From NCBI GenBank assembly GCA_038231275.1, contig JBBRLQ010000016.1:1-64000 (forward strand): a stretch of 64,000 nt of DNA, in the 5' to 3' direction. Positions within the stretch are counted from its first letter, which is position 1. Every line of letters begins with the position of its first letter. This DNA comes from Polyangiales bacterium (GTDB lineage: Bacteria > Myxococcota_A > Polyangia > Polyangiales > Polyangiaceae). Shown here piece after piece: positions 1 through 7,672 of this stretch. Both the position numbers and the translations under genes were made by a program. The notes under the pieces are model-generated. The model ran no database searches. It was not told the origin of the DNA and saw only the letters and a program-made list of their open reading frames with translations.

Positions 1-522
1 CGAGCACACGTGCTTCCCCGCGCTCACCGTCACCGGATCTTTCACCGGCGCTTTCTTCTCCAGCGTCACGTCGTCCATCAGCACGGCCGCGCCCGCGGGC
101 GCGTCCACGAACACGTGGCCCGTCTTCGCGTGCGCCTCCGCGAGGTACTTCGTCGCCTTCGCGTGTTCCTCTTCGGTTGGACGCTTGTCCTTCAAGTACT
201 CCTGCAGGTGCGTCAGCGCTTCCACCGGACGATTCGACCGCAGCTCGCTGAGCGCGAGGTTGTACAGAATATCCACCGCGTGAAGCACCGAGTACGCCTG
301 CTGGAACGCCACCCGCGCACCTTCGAAGTCCTGCGCTTCGTAGCGCTTCAGGCCTTCTTCGAAGCGCGCCTTGGCGTCGCGGGTCGCGGCGTCGTCTTGC
401 GCGGGCGGCTCGGCCGGTCCCTGCGCGTGCGCCGTGCGGGCGTTGGCGAGGAGCGCCGCGCCGCAGAGGAGGGTCGCCGCAAACATCTGACGGGCGGGCC
501 GTCGAGACTGGAATCGGGTCAT
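1..522 (-). CDS. TPR + PEGA domain secreted protein (3' part runs off the window)
   Basis: Manual translation (not in the ORF track): signal peptide (MFAATLLCGAALLANARTAHAQ), TPR-like AKARFEEGLKRYEAQDFEGARVAFQQAYS..ILYNLAL, then PEGA-like GHVFVDAPAGAAVLMDD..PVTVSAGKH. SD GAGGA upstream. Confidence 0.8.
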   Translation of the reverse strand, partial: MTRFQSRRPARQMFAATLLCGAALLANARTAHAQGPAEPPAQDDAATRDAKARFEEGLKRYEAQDFEGARVAFQQAYSVLHAVDILYNLALSELRSNRPVEALTHLQEYLKDKRPTEEEHAKATKYLAEAHAKTGHVFVDAPAGAAVLMDDVTLEKKAPVKDPVTVSAGKHVCS

Positions 523-562
523 GAGATCCTCAAAAAGAGAAGGAACAGCAGATACTTGAACG

Positions 563-1459
563 TTAGTGCTTGATGCCCTTTTTCAACTCGTCGAAGTCGG
601 GGGCGCCGTTCGTGCCCGTGGGCGTCGGCGTGGCGGTGGGCGGAGGTGGCGGCGCGGCGCTGGCGGTCGGCCCTGCGGCGGTCGCAAGGATGTTGGCTGA
701 GGCGTGCGGCGGGACGTTTTTCGGGCGCTTCAACTGCTGCGACTCGATCACCGGATCGGCGGTGACGTTGGTGTCGTCGGGCGCGGGCGCGGCGGTCGGC
801 GGCGGGATCGCGAGCGCGGTGTCGAGCGGCGACGCGGTGGTGGTCGTGGGCGTGGCGGCGGTCGTGAGGGTCGGCGTGGTCGAAACGGGCTTGTCGCCAC
901 CGCGGCCGAGGACGAGCCAGCCGATGCCGCCAACGAGGAGCAGCGCCGCGAAGAACGCGAAGGCGCCACGACGATCGCTCTTTCGCGGAAGCGGCACGGT
1001 CTGATCGTCGCGCGTGCCCTTGTACCCCGAAGGTTTGCCCGGCTCGTCCAGCGTCTCGGCAGCTCGCGCACGGAGCGCGGCGCCGAGGGCCGCGTTCTGT
1101 CGGGCCGCGCCGGGCGAGCTCACGGGCGCGACGATGACGGCCGCCTCCCCCTTCTCTTTGCGGCCGACGGGCACCGGGCGCGGCGACGCCGAATAATCCG
1201 CCGCCGACTCGCCGCTCGTCTCGCGCTTTCGCGGCTTGTCCTTCTTCTTCGAATCGCCCGAGTCGAGCAACCCCGAGAGCAGCTGCTCGGTCGTCGTCGA
1301 CTCTTTCGGCGGCGCCGCGGGAACGGCGTCGACCCCCGGCCCTTGCACGGCCGTGACCGATACCTCGCGCGGCCCGGCCTTGCCGAGCTTCGGCGGAAAG
1401 ATCGGGTCCGTGGAGTTCGGCCCGCTCGAAGGCGTGGGATCGGTGTCGTCGGTGGGCAT
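563..1459 (-). CDS. Pro/Thr-rich single-pass membrane protein
   Basis: TM segment GAFAFFAALLLVGGIGWLVLG followed by a P/T-rich region. Start chosen at MPTDD (1459); 1516 is an alternative. Confidence 0.7.
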   Translation of the reverse strand: MPTDDTDPTPSSGPNSTDPIFPPKLGKAGPREVSVTAVQGPGVDAVPAAPPKESTTTEQLLSGLLDSGDSKKKDKPRKRETSGESAADYSASPRPVPVGRKEKGEAAVIVAPVSSPGAARQNAALGAALRARAAETLDEPGKPSGYKGTRDDQTVPLPRKSDRRGAFAFFAALLLVGGIGWLVLGRGGDKPVSTTPTLTTAATPTTTTASPLDTALAIPPPTAAPAPDDTNVTADPVIESQQLKRPKNVPPHASANILATAAGPTASAAPPPPPTATPTPTGTNGAPDFDELKKGIKH

Positions 1460-1671
1460 CGCGGGGTTCCGTAGGTTTAGCCCATTTTCGGGGGCTCTCA
1501 ACGGGGGGTCGTGCATGGGGTCTCCGAGATCGCGGCGCGACAAGTCTCCTCTTGTACGCACCGGAGGTCAAAAAGGTGGGACATGCACCCTAACGAGGGG
1601 TCGGGACCGCCCACCTCGCGGGCTCCGCCGTCAGCATTCGAAGGGCGGAGCGCAGCGGGCGTACATCGACG

Positions 1672-2013
1672 TCAGCACTCCGGCGCCGGCGCGCAATGGA
1701 AGCGGAGGCCGCTGTCGTCGATGCCTGCCGAGCAGCACTTCCAGTCGATGGGACAGGTCGTTCCTTCGCAGACGATGGGAGCGGCATCGGGTTCGTCGGT
1801 CGCATCGACCACATCTGGACCCGCGTCGGGCGAGGCGTCGCCATTCGGGGCGACTGGGCCGTCACCGCCCGCATCCGTCGAAATCGCGGGCCCGTCGCCG
1901 CCCGCATCCGCGACCGTGGCCGTTCCGGCTCCGCAGCCATACCCGGACGCGATGCCGCTCGCGACGATCGCGACCCGAAAAATCCACCCACGTGCCGAAG
2001 CTCGGAAGAACAT
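1672..2013 (-). CDS. Small secreted/lipoprotein with Cys-rich C-terminus
   Basis: Lipobox-like YGCG, DAG linker, C-terminal CEGTTCPIDWKCC..CAPAPEC; SD AGGAG upstream. Confidence 0.7.
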   Translation of the reverse strand: MFFRASARGWIFRVAIVASGIASGYGCGAGTATVADAGGDGPAISTDAGGDGPVAPNGDASPDAGPDVVDATDEPDAAPIVCEGTTCPIDWKCCSAGIDDSGLRFHCAPAPEC

Positions 2014-2040
2014 CGAAGACTCCTGATTTTGGCGCTGCGT

Positions 2041-2067
2041 TTAGACCACTCGAACCATTTTCATTCC
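2041..2067 (-). promoter_or_regulatory. Putative ECF (sigmaE-like) promoter GGAAT-N16-GTCTAA
   Basis: Minus strand reads GGAATgaaaatggttcgagtgGTCTAA, ending 27 nt upstream of the 2013 ATG. Confidence 0.45.
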
Positions 2068-2083
2068 CGCCGCAAGAGCGACG

Positions 2084-4591
2084 TCAGGGCTTCGGCGCGC
2101 ACGCGATCGAGGGATACCCGCACACCAGCTGCGCCTTTCCGACCCCCTTCGCGAGCATCTTGAAGGCTGCGAAGCTCATCGCGAAAAATCCTCCGTCTCC
2201 TGCTTGCTTCCCCCAGTTGTTCTCGATCAGAAAGAACGACGTGATCGGATCTGGCGCATCGATCGGGCCCGAAAGGACATAGCCGATGATGTTGGCGGCA
2301 TGTGGATGGTCGACTTGGAACGCCTTACGCAAGAGATCCGCGTCGCACCCCGCGAGCTCCGGTGGAAGGAACCAGCTCATCTCGCTTCGGAGCGGCAGCC
2401 GTCCACCCGCGCCGTCGGCGATGTCCGCGGAGTAGACCGGAAACGTCATCGCGACGGGAAGGCCGGATCGCAGGGTCGCGATCACGGCTTGAGTCGCAAC
2501 GTCCCGGTCGTCGAGGGCGATGCTCGTGCTCTTCACGTCGAAGTACGTGTTCGCGAGAGACCATGCGCCTCCCGTGCTCGAATCCTGACCCATCGTGACG
2601 ACTTGGGTCGAGTAGTTCCAGTACGCGCCCGGCGGAACTTGGCCCTGACCTACGCAGAACGCACGGTTCCAGAACGCGGCGAAGGCGTCCCCGGAGGTAC
2701 CCCTGCACTTTTCGACGAGCACGTGCCCCCGCTCCTCTCGCGCCGCCGGCGACGCGTTCTCTACCCAGTCGGCGAAATCCCGCTCGCGCGCAGGCCAATA
2801 CGCGTCGAGGGTCTGCGGCATGAATTTCGTCGTTCCGTCCTTTGGCCAATGGGCGTCGCCGAAATCCGGATCGCCCGACTGAACGCCGGCGTGCGTATAG
2901 AGATCGACGAGCGCGGCCGCCGGCGAGTACGCGACACGCGGGTGCGGGGTCGAGACCCACTCGCCGTCGATGGACAAGCCGCGGCGCGGGACGACGTCGT
3001 CCATGAGCTTGTTGACGAGGGCCTCGTAGTACTGCGTCTGCGTATGCGTGCCGCAGCTGCCGGCAAGGTTCTCTCGCGCCGCGTACACGGGCATGAGCCT
3101 GCTGACGCTGAGCGAGTAGCCGTCGCCGGGTGCGGGCGGCAGAGAGTCGGCGTGCACGGGATCGGTGGAGGTCGGGCAGTGCGTGGCGCTCGTTCTCCCG
3201 CCACAGCGCGTGAGCGGAGTCGTGCTCCCGTCGTTCGTCGCGTTGAGCGCGCACTTCGCCGCGCGAACGATGGGTCCCGTCGCCTTCGGCGCGAGCAGCG
3301 CTTCGTCGGCGATGCGCTGCTCCTCGGGGCTGAGCGTGGTTCGTGCGGGACGTGCCCCTGAGCTCGCAGCGCGCGCGCGGGAGCTCGTGAGGCTCGGCGG
3401 CGGCGCCGTCATCGACGTCGAAGGCGCCATCGGCGCGTCACTCGTCGGCGTGATCCCGGGTTGGATCGGCCCGTCGTCGAGGGCCATGAGGCCGGCTCCC
3501 GCACCCGCGCGGAGGACGTGCGCGTCGGCGTCGTAGACGATGTCGAGGCACCCGCTCCCCGCGAGGCAACGCGGGACGCCGTGGTTGTCGAGGACGTGCG
3601 CCGTGTACTCCGCCTCCGAGACGAGCGGAGGCGCCGGATAGATTCGCAGGCTCTTGTCGTTGGTCGAGAGCGCCGGCAAGATCGTGCCGCCGTAGGCGTA
3701 GGCGTCGAAGCCCGCGTGCGATTCTTCGAGGCCGGACGTTGCCTTCGTGACACCCAGCGCGTGGACGTCGAGTCCCCAACCGGGGAAGATCTCCGCGCCT
3801 CCCCCGAGCTCGCGCTCGAGGCCGTGTTGCCACGAGAACGTCGCCGCCCCGCGCAGGCCCACCGTGCGGCGCTCCGGAAGCTCCTCGACCTCGACGAAGG
3901 TCACCTGCATGTCGGCCGTCGCGATCGCGATGATCTGCGGCGTGTAGGCGAAATGCCGGCGCGTCGACGGCGGCGGGCGCAACGGGATTTGGAGATATCC
4001 AGGCCAAGCGTTCAATTGGTACCAATTCAAATGCGAGAGCGGCAGATCCATCTGAAACGGATACGGCGACGTCGCGGTGGCCAGCGTGCCACCCGACCAC
4101 GCGTAGGTCACGTCGATGCGACTCGCCGCGCACGGGAGCGGCAGTTGGTTCGCGGCGAGCCAGTCCAAGTCGGCGCGCACGTCGACGGCGAGGAGCGTCG
4201 GCGAGATCGAGTGCGTCAGGACGCGCACCGATTCGCGCGGGCCCTGCGCGCACGTGACGTCGGCGCTGACCGTGACGTCCGAGGTGTCGCCGGTCACCGA
4301 GACCGCGAAGGTCGCGCGCACCCACCCCGGCTGAACGCCGATGACGCGCACGAGGCTGGCGGTCGCCTTGGGATCTTGCACGCACGTGCACACGAGCGGC
4401 GGCGGCCTCGAACCGGGGGGCAGCTCGCCCGGATCGGCCTTCGTGCAGACGCGGTGCGACCCGCCGCCGCACGTGACGAGCGAGGACTCGGCGAGCGCGG
4501 TGTCGTCGCCCGTTGGTGACGCGCACGCGGACGACGCGAGGGCCGCGGAGAGGAGGAGCGCAAGAGGCGAAAGGAGCGAGAGGTGTCGCAT
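2084..4591 (-). CDS. Secreted lipoprotein with C-terminal papain-like (C1) cysteine peptidase domain
   Basis: Signal/lipobox MRHLSLLSPLALLLSAALASSAC; catalytic-type motifs AGSCG, HAANIIGY and FFLIENNWGKQAGDGGFF. Confidence 0.75.
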   Translation of the reverse strand: MRHLSLLSPLALLLSAALASSACASPTGDDTALAESSLVTCGGGSHRVCTKADPGELPPGSRPPPLVCTCVQDPKATASLVRVIGVQPGWVRATFAVSVTGDTSDVTVSADVTCAQGPRESVRVLTHSISPTLLAVDVRADLDWLAANQLPLPCAASRIDVTYAWSGGTLATATSPYPFQMDLPLSHLNWYQLNAWPGYLQIPLRPPPSTRRHFAYTPQIIAIATADMQVTFVEVEELPERRTVGLRGAATFSWQHGLERELGGGAEIFPGWGLDVHALGVTKATSGLEESHAGFDAYAYGGTILPALSTNDKSLRIYPAPPLVSEAEYTAHVLDNHGVPRCLAGSGCLDIVYDADAHVLRAGAGAGLMALDDGPIQPGITPTSDAPMAPSTSMTAPPPSLTSSRARAASSGARPARTTLSPEEQRIADEALLAPKATGPIVRAAKCALNATNDGSTTPLTRCGGRTSATHCPTSTDPVHADSLPPAPGDGYSLSVSRLMPVYAARENLAGSCGTHTQTQYYEALVNKLMDDVVPRRGLSIDGEWVSTPHPRVAYSPAAALVDLYTHAGVQSGDPDFGDAHWPKDGTTKFMPQTLDAYWPARERDFADWVENASPAAREERGHVLVEKCRGTSGDAFAAFWNRAFCVGQGQVPPGAYWNYSTQVVTMGQDSSTGGAWSLANTYFDVKSTSIALDDRDVATQAVIATLRSGLPVAMTFPVYSADIADGAGGRLPLRSEMSWFLPPELAGCDADLLRKAFQVDHPHAANIIGYVLSGPIDAPDPITSFFLIENNWGKQAGDGGFFAMSFAAFKMLAKGVGKAQLVCGYPSIACAPKP

Positions 4592-4625
4592 GTCCCCCCA
4601 TCGGCACGGCGCGGAGGAAGTTGCG
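4589..4625 (-). promoter_or_regulatory. 37-bp upstream element, copy 1 (putative ECF promoter)
   Basis: CGCAACTTCCTCCGCGCCGTGCCGATGGGGGGACATG, ending in the start codon; 32/37 identical to copy 2. Confidence 0.6.
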
Positions 4626-4635
4626 GAAATTGTTT

Positions 4636-4932
4636 TCAGCGCGCGCGGCTTCGCTCCATGTCCCAACATTCCCGCACGCAGCACTCCCAGTCGTCGAGCG
4701 AGGTCGACCGGAGAGCCGCCTCGCCGGCCCGTGTGAAGTAGGCGCCGCGCGCGTTGAGCGTGTAGCGACCGCCATGCCCTTCGCGCGTGAGCTCGGCGAC
4801 GCGCCCCGATCTCACGAGGCCGAGGAGCCCCAGCGCGATCGGCAGATCGTCCCGGATCACGTGCGCCACGAACGGGAGCATCGGCGACGTCGCGCAGATG
4901 TCCTCGGCGCAAGGGAGCGTGGGAGGGTTCAT
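4636..4932 (-). CDS. Small hypothetical protein (98 aa)
   Basis: ATG at 4932 is preceded by the same 37-bp element as the neighbouring gene. Confidence 0.5.
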   Translation of the reverse strand: MNPPTLPCAEDICATSPMLPFVAHVIRDDLPIALGLLGLVRSGRVAELTREGHGGRYTLNARGAYFTRAGEAALRSTSLDDWECCVRECWDMERSRAR

Positions 4933-4966
4933 GTCGCCCCATCGGCACGACGCCGGAGAAGTTGCG
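4930..4966 (-). promoter_or_regulatory. 37-bp upstream element, copy 2 (putative ECF promoter)
   Basis: CGCAACTTCTCCGGCGTCGTGCCGATGGGGCGACATG, ending in ATG. Confidence 0.6.
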
Positions 4967-5114
4967 TAGGCGCGCCACCCGTCGAGACGAACCGTGTGCC
5001 AGCGTTCACGCCGCGCTGCGTGCCGTGCCATGGGACACTCGGTCTCCACCCGGCGATTTTTCGGCGGTTTCGAGAGCCTGACCACGTGGTGCGCGAGTTG
5101 CTTAGTGGGTGGTC

Positions 5115-6995
5115 ATGCGCCGCTTGCTTCCCCTTGCCGCCCTCTTCCTGTTCGCGTGTGGAAAGACCGATCCGACGCCGATCATCCCCGTCGACGACGG
5201 AGGCGTGACCGACGCGCCCGTCGTGCCGCCGGTGGACTCCGGTCCGAGCGTGTTCCACGCCGCATCGAAGGTCGACATCCTCTTCGCGATCGACAACTCC
5301 GCATCCATGGGAGACAAGCAAGCGCTCCTTCGTCTCGCGGTGCCGGATCTCCTTCAGCGACTCGTGCAGCCGAACTGCGTGGACGCTGCGGGGGACGTGG
5401 TTGGACCGTCGGCCGGCGGCGCGTGCGCGAGCGGCGCGCTGGAGTTTCCGCCGGTGAGCGATCTGCACGTGGGCATCGTGTCGTCATCGCTCGGCGGACG
5501 CGGCGCGGACATATGTGACGGCAGCGATCCCGTCGGCGCCGGACAGATCCGTCATGACGACGACAAGGCGCACCTCCTCACGCGCGCCGGCGCCGACGAG
5601 CACCCACTCGCGAGCGCGCCGTCGGGATTCATCGGATGGTCGCCGGGCGGCGCCGCGACGCTCGTGCAAGACACGCAGGATCTGGTGAGCGGCGTGCACG
5701 AGTACGGGTGCGGCATCGAGGCGCAGCTCGAGAGCTGGTACCGGTTCCTCGTCCAGCCCGATCCGTACGCGAGCATCGTCCCCGATCCGATCAACTCGCG
5801 GGAGCGCGCGCTCTCGGGGGTCGACGGGACGATCCTGCAGCAGCGCCATGATTTCCTGCGGCCGGACTCGCTCGTGCTCGTCGTGATGATCACCGACGAG
5901 GACGACGGGGCGCACGATCCGCGCGCGGTCTCCGGACAAGGCTCCGCGTACTCGATGAAGCGCTTCCCTGGCTCCGTCGGCGGAGGCGCGGCGCGCGGCA
6001 CGAGCGCGTGCGACGATCCGAAGACGGTGGACACGGCGGCGTGCACGTCGTGCGCGTATCCCGGACACGCCGCCGACCCCGGCTGCCAGAAACCCGGCGA
6101 CATCGACACCGCAACCGGCCAGCCGCAGCTCGGCTACTACAAGGCGGCGGAGGACACGCTCAACACGCGCGCGTTCCACATGAAGCAGCGGTACGGCGAA
6201 GATCCGCAGTTTCCGATCAGGCGCTACGTCAACGGCCTCTCGTCGCCGAGGGTGCCGGACCGAAGCGGCGAGGTGTACGACGGCCTCGGGAGCGACGGGC
6301 AGCCGAACAAGACCTACAACGCGAAGAACAACTGCACCAACCCGCTCTTCGCCGCGACGCTCCCCACCGACGCTACCGGAGACCTTTGCGGGCTCGCCGC
6401 CGGTCCGCGCGCGCCCGACCAGGTGATCTTGACGACGATCACGGGCGTGCCGTGGCAGCTCCTCACCGAGAACCCGAGCGATCCGAACAGCGCGTTCAAG
6501 GCGACGCTCACCGCGGCGGACTGGACGAAGATCGTCGGCGCCAATCCCGAAGCGAGCGACTACACGGGGCAAGACCCGCACATGCAGCAGTCGATCGGGC
6601 CGCGCGCGGGTCTCCCCGCGCCGACGCAAGCCGACACGTCCGATCCCATGAACGGCCGCGAGTGGGACAACGGTGGAGTCGACTTGCAGTATGCATGCAC
6701 CTTCACGCTGCCGCAGCCGGAGGACTGCACCGACAAGCGCTTCGCCGGCTCCTGCGACTGTGCGAGCGGGACGCCTCCGTTGCCGCCGCTCTGCGACGCC
6801 ACCAACCGAACGACGCAGGTGCGCGGCAAGGCCTACCCCGGCATCCGCCAGCTCACCGTCGCGAAGAACCTCGGCGCGCAGGGGATCGTCGCGTCGCTCT
6901 GCCCGCGCTCGATGGATGCGTCGAGCCCCAACTTCGGCTACCGCCCCGCCGTCCGCGCGCTCGTCGATCGCGCGCGGAAAAACCTGGCGAAGTAA
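5115..6995 (+). CDS. Cys-rich vWA-like lipoprotein (myxobacterial family)
   Basis: Lipobox LFLFACG; MIDAS-like KVDILFAIDNSASMGDKQ; later DFLRPDSLVLVVMITDEDD. Confidence 0.85.
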   Translation: MRRLLPLAALFLFACGKTDPTPIIPVDDGGVTDAPVVPPVDSGPSVFHAASKVDILFAIDNSASMGDKQALLRLAVPDLLQRLVQPNCVDAAGDVVGPSAGGACASGALEFPPVSDLHVGIVSSSLGGRGADICDGSDPVGAGQIRHDDDKAHLLTRAGADEHPLASAPSGFIGWSPGGAATLVQDTQDLVSGVHEYGCGIEAQLESWYRFLVQPDPYASIVPDPINSRERALSGVDGTILQQRHDFLRPDSLVLVVMITDEDDGAHDPRAVSGQGSAYSMKRFPGSVGGGAARGTSACDDPKTVDTAACTSCAYPGHAADPGCQKPGDIDTATGQPQLGYYKAAEDTLNTRAFHMKQRYGEDPQFPIRRYVNGLSSPRVPDRSGEVYDGLGSDGQPNKTYNAKNNCTNPLFAATLPTDATGDLCGLAAGPRAPDQVILTTITGVPWQLLTENPSDPNSAFKATLTAADWTKIVGANPEASDYTGQDPHMQQSIGPRAGLPAPTQADTSDPMNGREWDNGGVDLQYACTFTLPQPEDCTDKRFAGSCDCASGTPPLPPLCDATNRTTQVRGKAYPGIRQLTVAKNLGAQGIVASLCPRSMDASSPNFGYRPAVRALVDRARKNLAK

Positions 6996-7048
6996 CGGCG
7001 TCAGCGTCGAGAGGAACCGCTTCGCCTTCGACGGTATCACTGCCACCC

Positions 7049-7663
7049 ATGGCGAGGTGTATCCTCGAACGCATGTACCGGCAGCCCGCGTCGCGCAGCT
7101 CCGCCGAAGAGCCCCCGCGGGAGCTCGTGTACGCGGTCACGCAGCGCGATCGCAGCAGCTCGGTCGGGACGATGTTTCGCCTCTTCTCGCTGCCGCCCAT
7201 CGCCGCGCTCCTCCTCGGCGCGTTGCTCACACCCGAAGCCGGCGCGGTAGGGCTCGTCGCTGGCGCCGCGTGGAGCTTCTACTCGTGGCGCCGCGGAAAG
7301 TCCGACGGCAAAATAGTCCTCCGCGTCGACGACGGCGTCCTAGCGATCGGCCCCGTGGGGGAAGAGAAGGCGCGCATCCGCCTCGCCGATCTCACCGACG
7401 TCACCCTCGACGGAAAATCCATCCAGCGCGTCGAGGACGGCGGCAGCGCGATCCCCGCGATGCGCTTCATCGACTCGAAGGTCGGCCCCGAGGTCGACAT
7501 CGCCCGCATCGTCCTCGTGCGCGACGACCTGCCCGATTTGCCGCTGACCGAAGAGCACGTCGCGCACATGGACGCGACGGAGTGGCTCGGAAAGATCCGC
7601 GTGTTTCTTCGCAAGCACGGCTGGGTGCCGGAAGACGAGAGCACCGCGCTGTCGGAGCCCTGA
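7049..7663 (+). CDS. Hypothetical membrane protein (2 TM)
   Basis: 3' part of ORF 6008..7663; two hydrophobic segments; start at 7049 or 7073 (MYRQP). Confidence 0.7.
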   Translation: MARCILERMYRQPASRSSAEEPPRELVYAVTQRDRSSSVGTMFRLFSLPPIAALLLGALLTPEAGAVGLVAGAAWSFYSWRRGKSDGKIVLRVDDGVLAIGPVGEEKARIRLADLTDVTLDGKSIQRVEDGGSAIPAMRFIDSKVGPEVDIARIVLVRDDLPDLPLTEEHVAHMDATEWLGKIRVFLRKHGWVPEDESTALSEP

Positions 7664-7672
7664 GCGAAGAAA

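Noticed and set aside
4592..4978. 129-aa N-terminal extension of the peptidase ORF
   Set aside because: The signal peptide starts at 4591, and the extension overlaps another small gene and the repeated upstream element.
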